20,820 nt of DNA, from sequence record SRR2962707_1393. One strand, 5' to 3'. A program made the position numbers and the translations under genes. Shown here in pieces: positions 1 to 8,321 of this stretch. The notes beneath the pieces were generated by a model, which saw only the letters and a program-made list of their open reading frames with translations, did not search any database and had not been told where the DNA came from. How positions within the stretch are numbered: the stretch's first letter is position 1; every line of letters begins with the position of its first letter.

Positions 1-1603
1 AACCAATCGTTTCCAAAATATCAGCCATGCGTGCGCGCAGGAAGTCAATTTTCATATAGAGCGCAATGCCCAATCCAACAGTGATCAACGATAGCAACAA
101 TGCCAAGCTGATATGCGGGATGACACTAATATAGACATCAACAGTTTCGCCTGAAACCGCGGAAGCCATTGGGCTTGAGATGTAATAATGAAGCTGACTT
201 GAAAGCAGTGCCAAGATTAAACTGGCCGCCGCTAGAACTACCGGACCAGCATACATCAACAATGGCGCCTCATGGGCAGACTTGGGTGTTTTAACCTTTT
301 CGCCGAGAAATGGTTTGAGCGCGACAGCAAAGCCGATTACAAACATCAGCGCGTTGCCGATGATCGCCATTGTGGTGATAAAAATTGGCCAAAGCTCTCC
401 AGAGGCAACACCAGCGTAAATTTCTTCTTTTGCCAAGAAACCAACAAATGGCGGCAATCCGCCCATCGACAATCCAGCTAGTAACGCAGCGCCAAAGGTG
501 ATCGGCATGGCTGACATGAGGCCGCCAAGCTTGGTGATGTCACGGGTACCGGCTTCATGATCGACATTACCGGCCACCATGAATAGGCAGCCCTTAAATA
601 GGGAGTGGGCCAGCAAATATAGCACTGCGCCCTCAATTGCCTTTTCTGTGCCAAAGCCAGTCAACATAACGAGCAGGCCGAGCGATGCAACGGTTGTATA
701 GGCGAGCATCATCTTTAGGTCGGTCTGGCGTACCGCAAGCAAAGTGCCAATGACCAAAGTAACACTGCCGAAAAGCGGCAAGATAACTTCCCAATAGATC
801 GTATCGCCCATCACTGGGTTCATACGCATCAACAAAAACACACCGGCTTTCACCATGGTCGCAGAATGCAGATAAGCGGAGACAGGTGTCGGCGCTTCCA
901 TGGCATTGGGCAACCAAAAGTGAAGTGGGAATTGCGCAGACTTTGTAAACGCACCACCAAGAACCAAAATAAGAGCCGCCAAATAGAATGGGCTATCGCG
1001 CAACAGATCACCCGTACTTAGCAACAAAGACATCTGCGAAACGCCCGTGACATTCCAAATCACGACCAGACCGGCCAGCAAAGACAATCCGCCAAGTCCA
1101 GTAACCACAAGTGCCTGAATGGCGGCACGGCGCGAACGCTCTTTGCTGTGGTTAAAGCCAATGAGCAAAAACGAGGTGATGGATGTCAGTTCCCAAAACA
1201 CGAAGAGCATAAAGAACGAATCTGACAGCACCAAGCCTTGCATCGCGCCCATAAACATAAACATGAACGAGAAAAAGCGCCCCTGATGAGCATGGCCCTT
1301 CATATAGCCGCCGGTATAGAGAATGATAAGCGTACCGATGCCGGTGATGAGCAAAGCAAAGGTCAATGACAGACCGTCAATCAGCCAAGAAAAATTGACG
1401 CTTAAAGATGGAATCCACTCAACGCCGCCTGTTATGCGCTGCCCTTCGGCTACAAGCGGCAAGTGGCTGGCATAATAGGCAAAAAGCGCAGCCGGCACGA
1501 GCGCTAAAACCCAAGCAGCATTGTGTTTTAAGTTTCGAACTAAAAATGGGGCAATAAGAGCAGCAGCAAATGGCGCAAACAACGCGTAAAAGGTCATCCC
1601 CAT
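1..1603 (-). CDS. mrpA: Monovalent cation/H+ antiporter subunit A (MrpA/PhaA), 5' portion; runs off the left edge
   Basis: Manual minus-strand translation from ATG at 1603 gives MGMTFYALFAPFAAALIAPFLVRNLKHNAAWVLALVPAALFA..., with the family motifs VFWELTSITSFLLIGF and AFTKSAQFPLHFWLPNAMEAPTPVSAYLHSATMVKAGVF. The same frame reads ...MADILETIG at the window edge. GGTGGAAG lies upstream; an alternative ATG is at 1597. Confidence 0.93.
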   Translation of the reverse strand, partial: MGMTFYALFAPFAAALIAPFLVRNLKHNAAWVLALVPAALFAYYASHLPLVAEGQRITGGVEWIPSLSVNFSWLIDGLSLTFALLITGIGTLIILYTGGYMKGHAHQGRFFSFMFMFMGAMQGLVLSDSFFMLFVFWELTSITSFLLIGFNHSKERSRRAAIQALVVTGLGGLSLLAGLVVIWNVTGVSQMSLLLSTGDLLRDSPFYLAALILVLGGAFTKSAQFPLHFWLPNAMEAPTPVSAYLHSATMVKAGVFLLMRMNPVMGDTIYWEVILPLFGSVTLVIGTLLAVRQTDLKMMLAYTTVASLGLLVMLTGFGTEKAIEGAVLYLLAHSLFKGCLFMVAGNVDHEAGTRDITKLGGLMSAMPITFGAALLAGLSMGGLPPFVGFLAKEEIYAGVASGELWPIFITTMAIIGNALMFVIGFAVALKPFLGEKVKTPKSAHEAPLLMYAGPVVLAAASLILALLSSQLHYYISSPMASAVSGETVDVYISVIPHISLALLLSLITVGLGIALYMKIDFLRARMADILETIG

Positions 1604-1767
1604 TATGCTTCCACCAATGTTAAACCTATAATCACGCGCATTAATTCAGCCTGTTAAATTGAACCTGAACCTAGAACCTCGCCTTCGGCTCGACAAGTGC
1701 TAGGGGGCAAAAATCAACAGTAATGCGACAAAAAGCTCACTTCTCGAAAATGTGAAAGGTCTGTGTG

Positions 1768-1796
1768 CTTGCCGCGTGTGCCTTGCGCACCTATTT
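1768..1796 (+). promoter_or_regulatory. Putative RpoH (sigma-32)-type promoter for msrB(-ptrB)
   Basis: CTTG-N18-CCTATTT, resembling the alphaproteobacterial RpoH consensus CTTG-N17/18-CCTATNT. It ends about 20 nt upstream of the msrB ATG. Confidence 0.5.
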
Positions 1797-1816
1797 GTTT
1801 TGTAAAGGAGAGTTTT

Positions 1817-2224
1817 ATGACCGACACAAAGAAAATCCTAAAAACAGAAGAAGAATGGCGCGAAGAACTAACCCCTGAACAATTCCACGTTTTACGCAAA
1901 CATGGCACAGAGCGCGCGGGCACTTCGCCGCTTAATAGCGAGAAACGCGATGGCACATTTACCTGTGCTGGATGCGGCAAAGCCCTTTTTAGAAATGATG
2001 CGAAGTTTGAAAGCGGCACCGGTTGGCCGAGCTTTTTTGAACCCATTGACCCATCGGCAGTGAACGAGCACAAAGACCGCTCATTCTTCATGACCCGCAC
2101 AGAGATTCGCTGTGCTGATTGCGAAGGCCATTTGGGCCACGTATTTAATGACGGGCCGCAACCAACGGGCCTTCGTTATTGCATGAATGGTGTGGCGATG
2201 CATTTCACGCCAGACGAACAGTAA
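1817..2224 (+). CDS. msrB: Peptide-methionine (R)-S-oxide reductase MsrB
   Basis: Motifs GTERA, CAGC and CADC (Zn), GWPSF, GHLGHVF and RYCMN. AAGGAG RBS before the ATG at 1817; the track's start at 1763 is too far upstream. Confidence 0.96.
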   Translation: MTDTKKILKTEEEWREELTPEQFHVLRKHGTERAGTSPLNSEKRDGTFTCAGCGKALFRNDAKFESGTGWPSFFEPIDPSAVNEHKDRSFFMTRTEIRCADCEGHLGHVFNDGPQPTGLRYCMNGVAMHFTPDEQ

Positions 2225-2242
2225 TTTAAAGTAGAGAATCTT

Positions 2243-4351
2243 ATGACATCGACTCCGTTTAATGCCGACTTAAATGCCCCTATCGCTGAAAAGCGCCCGA
2301 CAAAAGATGTCCGTCACGGCATTGAACGGAGTGATGATTATGCTTGGCTGCGCGCTGATAATTGGCAAGAAGTGTTTAAAGACACCTCTGTGCTTGATAA
2401 GGACATACGCACCTATCTCGATGCTGAAAATGATTATGCTCGTATCCAAATGGAAGACACGCAAGCGCTACAAAAGATTCTCTTTAATGAGATGAAGGGC
2501 CGCATTAAAGAAGACGATGAAAGCGTGCCTGAGCCTCATGGGCCTTATTGTTACGGCACGTCTTTTGTGACCGGCGGCCAGCAGCCGCGCTTCTACCGCG
2601 TTGATCGGGCCAACCCGAATGGCGAACGCCGCATCATTCTTGATGGCGACAAAGAAGCTGAAGGCAAAGACTATTTCCGCCTTGGCTCGGCCGATCAATC
2701 GAACGATCATAAGCGCATGATTTGGAGCTATGACGACAAAGGCTCTGAGTATTTCACGCTGCGCATTCGCGACCTTGATTCACTTAATGACGCAGACGAT
2801 CAAATCGTTGATACAGGAGGCGGCGGCGTGTGGGATGCGGCCGGAGATGGCGTATTTTATGCCAAAATGGATGCCAATCACCGCCCCTCTCAGCTTTTCT
2901 ATCATAAGCTTGCCGCGGACCAGTCAGATGATGTTCTGATCTACGAAGAAGCCGACGCAGGCTTCTTCATGGGCGTTGGCGGAACGCGCCTCGATGACTT
3001 CATCATCATCGATATTCATGACCATGAAACATCTGAAGTCTTGATACTGCCAGCCAACGATCCAAGCGCTAAACCAATTATGGTCGCACCGCGCCAGATC
3101 GGCGTTGAATACAGCCTTGAGGAAGGCGGCGATGTTTTCTTCATTCTGACCAATGCAGATGGCGCAAAAGACTTCAAAATCATGACTGCGCCGGTCAATG
3201 CGCCGCAAAAGGAAAACTGGAAAGAGTTTGTTGGCCATACGCCAGGCCGCCTCCTCCTTTCAGTTAGCGCGTACAAAAACCACGTGACGTGGCTTGAGCG
3301 TGAAAACGGCTTGCCACGTATCGCCGTGATGGACCGCAAGACAAATGAGATTCACTATATTGCGTTTGAAGAAGAAGCCTATTCGCTGGGCCTTTCGGGG
3401 TCTTATGAATATGACACGGATACGATCCGCTTTTCCTATTCGTCTATGTCCACACCAAGCCAATTGTTTGATTACAACATGGCGACCCGCGAACGTACAC
3501 TTTTGAAAACGCAGGAAGTGCCATCCGGCCACACTATCGCTGATTACAAAACAGAGCGCCTCATGGTTAAATCCCATGACGGCGTGGAGGTTCCGGTCTC
3601 ACTTGTGATGCGTGCCGACACGAAATTAGATGGTTCAGCGCCCTGCCTTCTTTATGGTTATGGCTCTTACGGCATTTCAATTCCCGCGTCATTCAACACC
3701 AACTGCCTATCACTCGTTGATCGTGGCTTCATCTATGCAATCGCCCATATTCGCGGCGGCAAGGACAAGGGCTTTGCTTGGTATGAAGACGGCAAACGCC
3801 AAGCCAAAACCAACACGTTTAAAGACTTTGTTGCTATTGCGCGTCATTTGGCATCATCAAGCTATACATCAGCCGATAGGATTGTAGCGCATGGTGGTTC
3901 TGCTGGCGGTATGTTGATGGGCGCGGTCGTGAATATGGCACCGGATGCGTTTGGCGGCATTATCGCTGAAGTGCCATTTGTTGATGTTCTCAACACTATG
4001 CTGGACGATACATTGCCGCTGACACCACCTGAATGGCCAGAATGGGGTAATCCAGTCATATCAGTTGAGGACTATAAAAACATCGCGTCCTATTCGCCTT
4101 ATGACAATGTGAGCGCGCTTGCATATCCTGCTATTTTGGCAATTTCAGGTCTCACTGATCCACGCGTCACCTATTGGGAACCGACAAAATGGGTTGCAAA
4201 ATTGCGCGATGAAACCACATCGGAAAATCCAGTGCTGCTTAAAACCAATATGGGCGCAGGCCATGGCGGCGCGTCAGGCCGTTTCTCGCGGCTAGAGGAA
4301 GTTGCCTATTCCTATGCCTTCGCAATTAAAGCAGCAAAAGTGGTCTATTAA
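2243..4351 (+). CDS. ptrB: Oligopeptidase B (protease II, S9A family)
   Basis: 702 aa. N-terminal DDYAWLR, YGYGSYG, HIRGG, nucleophile GGSAGG, DPRV (Asp) and AGHGG (His). Confidence 0.95.
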   Translation: MTSTPFNADLNAPIAEKRPTKDVRHGIERSDDYAWLRADNWQEVFKDTSVLDKDIRTYLDAENDYARIQMEDTQALQKILFNEMKGRIKEDDESVPEPHGPYCYGTSFVTGGQQPRFYRVDRANPNGERRIILDGDKEAEGKDYFRLGSADQSNDHKRMIWSYDDKGSEYFTLRIRDLDSLNDADDQIVDTGGGGVWDAAGDGVFYAKMDANHRPSQLFYHKLAADQSDDVLIYEEADAGFFMGVGGTRLDDFIIIDIHDHETSEVLILPANDPSAKPIMVAPRQIGVEYSLEEGGDVFFILTNADGAKDFKIMTAPVNAPQKENWKEFVGHTPGRLLLSVSAYKNHVTWLERENGLPRIAVMDRKTNEIHYIAFEEEAYSLGLSGSYEYDTDTIRFSYSSMSTPSQLFDYNMATRERTLLKTQEVPSGHTIADYKTERLMVKSHDGVEVPVSLVMRADTKLDGSAPCLLYGYGSYGISIPASFNTNCLSLVDRGFIYAIAHIRGGKDKGFAWYEDGKRQAKTNTFKDFVAIARHLASSSYTSADRIVAHGGSAGGMLMGAVVNMAPDAFGGIIAEVPFVDVLNTMLDDTLPLTPPEWPEWGNPVISVEDYKNIASYSPYDNVSALAYPAILAISGLTDPRVTYWEPTKWVAKLRDETTSENPVLLKTNMGAGHGGASGRFSRLEEVAYSYAFAIKAAKVVY

Positions 4352-4364
4352 GCGGCCACTGTAC

Positions 4365-5297
4365 TTACTCATTACCGCCGAGTGATTTCAAATAAGCCGC
4401 AATGGCTTCGCGATCACTCGGTTCAACTTTTCCATAGTTTTCAACAACATCGGCCATAGAGCTACCAAGCGAATCGAAGTCCGGTGTAAAGCCGGTTTCA
4501 AGTGCGTAGGCTATGTCGGATGCACCCCAATCGCCCAAGCCATCAGCACTGTTCGTAATGTTGGGAATTTTGCCTGGTCCATCGGGTGATGGACCACCTT
4601 CAAGCCAGCGGCTTCGATCCATGCCGCCCGCAAGCGTGCGCGGCGTATGGCACTCGCCGCAATGGCCAATGCCCTCAACCAGATAGCGGCCACGCAACAA
4701 TTTTGCGTCAATGCCAATGGTTTCATCAGAAACAACTGGGGCTTCGTTGAGGTAAAGGATTTTCCACAGTCCAAGACCGCGGCTGATATTGAACGGGAAT
4801 TTGAGATCAGACGGCTGACTTGCTTCAGACGAGGTTGGCAGCGTTTTCATAAAGGCAAACAGATCCGCAACATCGCTCATACTGGCATGCGTATAGGATG
4901 CATAGGGAAACGCTGGATAATAATGACGGCCTTCAGGTGAAACACCTTTTTTCACCGCATTCGCAAAATCCGCAAACGTCCAATTGCCTATGCCATTCTC
5001 TTTATCGGGCGAAATATTGGGCACGGCGAAATCGCCGAATTCTGTTTTCAGAACATGACCGCCCGACAATATTTTCTTGTCATCGCCCGTTGCTTCAGGC
5101 GCGGCATGGCACGAAGCACAGCCGCCCGCCCAAAATAGATTTTCGCCATTGGCTAAATCTACTTCATGGCTTTCAACAGATGCGATTTCTTCGCTTCCAA
5201 GCGTCGATGGTATCGTAAGAAGCCAAAATGTTCCCGCGCCGACAATAGCCAGCGCAGCAACACCGATGCTTAGGTTTTTTGCGCTTAGCGCTTTCAT
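4365..5297 (-). CDS. cycG: Membrane-anchored diheme c-type cytochrome (CycG-like)
   Basis: N-terminal hydrophobic anchor, two heme motifs (CASCH, CGECH), and PNISPD...GIG and YPAFPY motifs. Starts 3 nt after the cytochrome c556 gene. Confidence 0.85.
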   Translation of the reverse strand: MKALSAKNLSIGVAALAIVGAGTFWLLTIPSTLGSEEIASVESHEVDLANGENLFWAGGCASCHAAPEATGDDKKILSGGHVLKTEFGDFAVPNISPDKENGIGNWTFADFANAVKKGVSPEGRHYYPAFPYASYTHASMSDVADLFAFMKTLPTSSEASQPSDLKFPFNISRGLGLWKILYLNEAPVVSDETIGIDAKLLRGRYLVEGIGHCGECHTPRTLAGGMDRSRWLEGGPSPDGPGKIPNITNSADGLGDWGASDIAYALETGFTPDFDSLGSSMADVVENYGKVEPSDREAIAAYLKSLGGNE

Positions 5298-5300
5298 GGC

Positions 5301-5741
5301 TTAGTTTGAAACGCGGTAAGCTTTATGACACGCGCCGCAATTGGACGCGACGGAACCGAATGCAACTTTAAACGCATCTACATCAGCAGGCGCAGAAGCG
5401 ATTGCTGCGGCCGTATCTGCTTCAAATTTCGCTATTGCCGCTTCAAACCCGGCGCGGTCGCTCCAAATTGCAGAAGCAGCAGTTGTTTTTCCACCAATTT
5501 CACTGCCTTCAGGGAAATAGGTGCCAAAAACTTGTGCGACATCATTCATTTTCTGCAATGCGGCCAATGCTGCTTCGGCATCGTAAGGTTTTTCACCTTT
5601 AATCATCATGGAAGATTCTTTTGCAGCGCCGCCTACTGATTTCATCGCTGCTTGGCGTTCTGAAATTGGGTCTTGAGCAAAGGCAACAGTCGCTGCGCAG
5701 GAGATGGCGGCAAGTGCGATAAGCGATTTTTTGAAGAGCAT
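5301..5741 (-). CDS. cycF: Class II cytochrome c (c556/c'-type), periplasmic
   Basis: Signal peptide MLFKKSLIALAA...AFA/Q, ERQAAMK (candidate axial Met), AIW and C-terminal CGACHKAYR. AAGGA RBS before the ATG at 5741. Confidence 0.88.
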   Translation of the reverse strand: MLFKKSLIALAAISCAATVAFAQDPISERQAAMKSVGGAAKESSMMIKGEKPYDAEAALAALQKMNDVAQVFGTYFPEGSEIGGKTTAASAIWSDRAGFEAAIAKFEADTAAAIASAPADVDAFKVAFGSVASNCGACHKAYRVSN

Positions 5742-5806
5742 TTTCAATCCTTTTGAATGATGGTGGTTGTCGTTGATCGTAAAGAATAAAATCGAGCTTA
5801 CAACAC

Positions 5807-5843
5807 AAAAAACGGCCACACTGTGACACAGTGCAGCCGTTTT
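5807..5843 (-). terminator. Rho-independent terminator after sodB
   Basis: Minus strand AAAACGGCTGCACTGTG-T-CACAGTGTGGCCGTTTTTT: a long stem whose two G-U wobbles form only on the minus strand, followed by a U-tract, 22 nt past the sodB stop. Confidence 0.8.
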
Positions 5844-5865
5844 AATCACATTAATTTGATTTTGA

Positions 5866-6468
5866 TTAACGCATTGCAGCTTCGTGCATTTCTTCGACAT
5901 GTTCCCAGTTGATCATGTTGTCGATGAAAGCTTCGAGATATTTAGGGCGCGCATTGCGGTAGTCGATATAATAAGAATGTTCCCATACATCGACACCGAG
6001 AATTGGTGACGCGCCGTGAACGAGCGGGTTTTCACCATTTGGCGTTTTCATGATTTCAAGCTTGCCGTCTTTCACAGCAACCCAAGCCCAACCTGAACCG
6101 AACTGGCCAACGCCCGCAGCAATCAAGTCTGCGCGGAATTTGTCGTAGCCACCAAGGTCTGAATCAATTGCCGCTTGCAATTTGCCTGGCAACTTCTTGC
6201 CGCCGCCGTCTTTTTTCATCCATTTCCAAAAATGGATATGGTTGTAGTGCTGACCGGCATTGTTAAACAGACCGGCATTTTTGCCGAATGACTGCTTCAC
6301 AATTTCTTCCAATGACAGATCAGCCATCCCTGCGGCTTCAGCCAGCTCATTGCCTTTTACAACATAAGCATTGTGGTGCTTATCGTGGTGAAACTCGAGC
6401 GTTTCAGCTGACATATAAGGATCGAGCGCATCATATGCGTAAGGTAATTCTGGAAGTGTGAAGGCCAT
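5866..6468 (-). CDS. sodB: Superoxide dismutase, Fe/Mn family
   Basis: LPELPYAYDALDP, HHDKHH, NNAGQHYNH, FGSGWAW and DVWEHSYY. GAGGA RBS. Confidence 0.96.
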   Translation of the reverse strand: MAFTLPELPYAYDALDPYMSAETLEFHHDKHHNAYVVKGNELAEAAGMADLSLEEIVKQSFGKNAGLFNNAGQHYNHIHFWKWMKKDGGGKKLPGKLQAAIDSDLGGYDKFRADLIAAGVGQFGSGWAWVAVKDGKLEIMKTPNGENPLVHGASPILGVDVWEHSYYIDYRNARPKYLEAFIDNMINWEHVEEMHEAAMR

Positions 6469-6527
6469 ATTTTTGTCCTCTAGGGTTCAATAAATTAAAA
6501 TTTTGGCGTGAAGCCCTTATCCCTTAT

Positions 6528-6555
6528 AGATAGTCACCATTGTGGATTTGACAAC
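6528..6555 (-). promoter_or_regulatory. Possible sodB promoter
   Basis: Minus strand GTTGTC-N16-CTATCT resembles rhizobial sigma70/RpoH boxes and is followed by an ATAAGGG-ATAAGGG tandem, about 60 nt before the ATG. Confidence 0.3.
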
Positions 6556-6773
6556 ATCGAAACGCTAAAACTATGGCACATTCATCAAAATAATTCGAAA
6601 ATTTCAACATCATTTGCCTTGCCAAAGCCTTTGCATGCCTCAACCCTCGCCAAGCCCTTACCCATTGCCTATAAGGCTTATAAAAATCCATTCGCAGATG
6701 CTTTTGGCGCATTAAAAGCACTTGACGCAGTTATATTTGCTGCCCAATGTTAGTTAAGGAGAATAGCATAATT

Positions 6774-7430
6774 ATGACTGCTTCGGCCTATGTCTTTGAC
6801 GCCTATGGTACACTATTTGATGTGCATTCAGCTGTGCGAAAACATGCGGATGCTTTAGGGCCAGCAGGCGCTCGAATGAGCCAGATGTGGCGCGCTAAGC
6901 AATTAGAGTATTCTTGGGTCCGCAGCCTCATGGGCTCCTACACAGATTTTTGGCGACTAACAGAAGAATCGTTGGATTTTGCGCTTGAAGCCAATGATCT
7001 TGGCGACGGTGATGGTCATTTGCGTTCGCTTTTGCTTGAGGCCTATTGGGGTCTTGATGCTTACCCCGAAGTGGCGGAGGTTTTGGGCCGTTTGCGTGAC
7101 AAAGGCGCGCGTATCGGCATTTTGTCCAATGGCTCGCCCGATATGCTTGCTGCGGCTATGAAGTCTGCCAATATTTCTGACCTTATTGATGATGTGTTGT
7201 CCGTTGATGCGGTAAAAACATTTAAAACATCGCCTGAAGTCTATACAATGGTGACGGATGCTTGGGATATGCCTCCCAATGAGATTTCGTTTCAGTCATC
7301 CAATCGGTGGGATATTGCTGGCGCATCGAAATTTGGCTTTGAAACAGTGTGGATTAACCGATTTGAGCAGCCCGATGAATATAAAAACTATGCGCCAAGC
7401 CGTATAATTGCGACTTTACATGGTCTTTGA
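6774..7430 (+). CDS. Haloacid dehalogenase type II (L-2-haloacid dehalogenase-like)
   Basis: FDAYGTLFD (motif I), WRAKQLEYSW, LSNG, FK and SSNRWD. AAGGAG at 6756-6761 favours the ATG at 6774. Confidence 0.92.
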   Translation: MTASAYVFDAYGTLFDVHSAVRKHADALGPAGARMSQMWRAKQLEYSWVRSLMGSYTDFWRLTEESLDFALEANDLGDGDGHLRSLLLEAYWGLDAYPEVAEVLGRLRDKGARIGILSNGSPDMLAAAMKSANISDLIDDVLSVDAVKTFKTSPEVYTMVTDAWDMPPNEISFQSSNRWDIAGASKFGFETVWINRFEQPDEYKNYAPSRIIATLHGL

Positions 7431-7523
7431 TCACTTAAATTATTCACATAAAAATTTAATTTTCCATCTTCCAAACTTGCCAGCTCTAGCGTATTTCAAT
7501 GCAACCGATGCTGGAACCCAATC

Positions 7524-8267
7524 ATGCAAAAATTAAGCCGCCGCAATCTGCTTCAGTTCGCAGCGATTACACCGCTGTTGTTGACTGCCGCTTGCACAAC
7601 CGTTGAGCCTGAACCTGAAAAAGGCGTTCAGACCGAGCTAAAAGAAGCGCCAAAAATTGGTTTTGGCCTCCCCTTCGGTCCAGAACCTAAATTTCCTTCA
7701 TATGATGTAATGTATGGTGCGATGAGCGATGGCGGCTTTATGCTTCCAGCAATCCCATACAAAAAAATCAATAAACGCTATTTGCGCCAAGTGGTTTCCG
7801 ATCCGACCGGCGAAAAGGCTGGCACTGTCGTAGTTGATACGAAAAATCACTTCCTTTACCTCGTTCTCGGCAATGGCAAAGCTATTCGCTACGGCGTTGG
7901 ATTGGGTCGTGCTGGATTTGCATGGTCTGGCCGCGCAGAAGCACAGCGCAAAGCGCGTTGGCCAAATTGGCATCCGCCAGAAGAAATGATTGCCCGCGAT
8001 AAAAAGCTGGCAAAATATGCAACGACTTATGACAAAGAAACAGGCACCTATGGCGGCGGCATGGAAGGTGGGTTAATGAACCCGCTCGGCGCACGCGCTA
8101 TTTATCTTTTCAAAGATGGAAAAGATACGCTTTATCGCCTGCATGGTTCGCCTGAATGGCGCTCAATCGGTCGCTCAGTGTCGTCTGGCTGTGTGCGCCT
8201 GATGAACCAAGATATCGTCGATCTTTATTCACGCATCAATTCAAGAACGCCAGTTCTTGTGAAGTAA
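7524..8267 (+). CDS. L,D-transpeptidase (YkuD/ErfK family), predicted Tat-exported lipoprotein
   Basis: SRRNLL twin-arginine motif, lipobox-like LTAAC, GTVVVDT..FLY, RYGVGLG, NPLGARA and catalytic region HGSPE...SSGCVRL. Confidence 0.93.
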   Translation: MQKLSRRNLLQFAAITPLLLTAACTTVEPEPEKGVQTELKEAPKIGFGLPFGPEPKFPSYDVMYGAMSDGGFMLPAIPYKKINKRYLRQVVSDPTGEKAGTVVVDTKNHFLYLVLGNGKAIRYGVGLGRAGFAWSGRAEAQRKARWPNWHPPEEMIARDKKLAKYATTYDKETGTYGGGMEGGLMNPLGARAIYLFKDGKDTLYRLHGSPEWRSIGRSVSSGCVRLMNQDIVDLYSRINSRTPVLVK

Positions 8268-8270
8268 AAG

Positions 8271-8296
8271 AAAAGCGCCAATTTGGCGCTTTTTTT
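8271..8296. terminator. Bidirectional intrinsic terminator between the convergent LDT and DUF853 genes
   Basis: AAAAGCGCCA-ATT-TGGCGCTTTTTTT: a perfect stem flanked by A- and T-tracts. Confidence 0.88.
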
Positions 8297-8321
8297 ATGT
8301 CTTGATTTTGGGGTGCAGCTG

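Noticed and set aside
272..917. Short ORFs 272..481 (+) and 633..917 (-)
   Set aside because: Both lie inside mrpA, which the ORF track missed because it has no stop within the window.
1661..1679. GAACCT repeats as a CRISPR or iteron array
   Set aside because: The units are only 6 bp, there are no spacers, and there are no cas or rep genes. Kept only as a possible regulatory element.
5742..5900. 53-aa N-terminal extension of the cytochrome c ORF in the track
   Set aside because: It overlaps sodB and crosses its terminator. The RBS and signal peptide point to the ATG at 5741.
6593..6609. Possible Irr (ICE) box ATTCGAAAATTTCAACA upstream of sodB
   Set aside because: About six mismatches to TTTRGAAYNRTTCYAAA in AT-rich DNA, which is not distinguishable from chance.
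6697..6710. GCGCCAAAAGCA(TC) recurring at about 6697 (minus), 16623 and 17169
   Set aside because: Short and irregularly placed, with one copy inside dxs coding sequence. Most likely coincidence.
6508..6753. 81-aa (+) and 65-aa (-) ORFs in the sodB/HAD spacer
   Set aside because: Neither has a convincing RBS or recognisable motif, and both overlap promoter-like elements.
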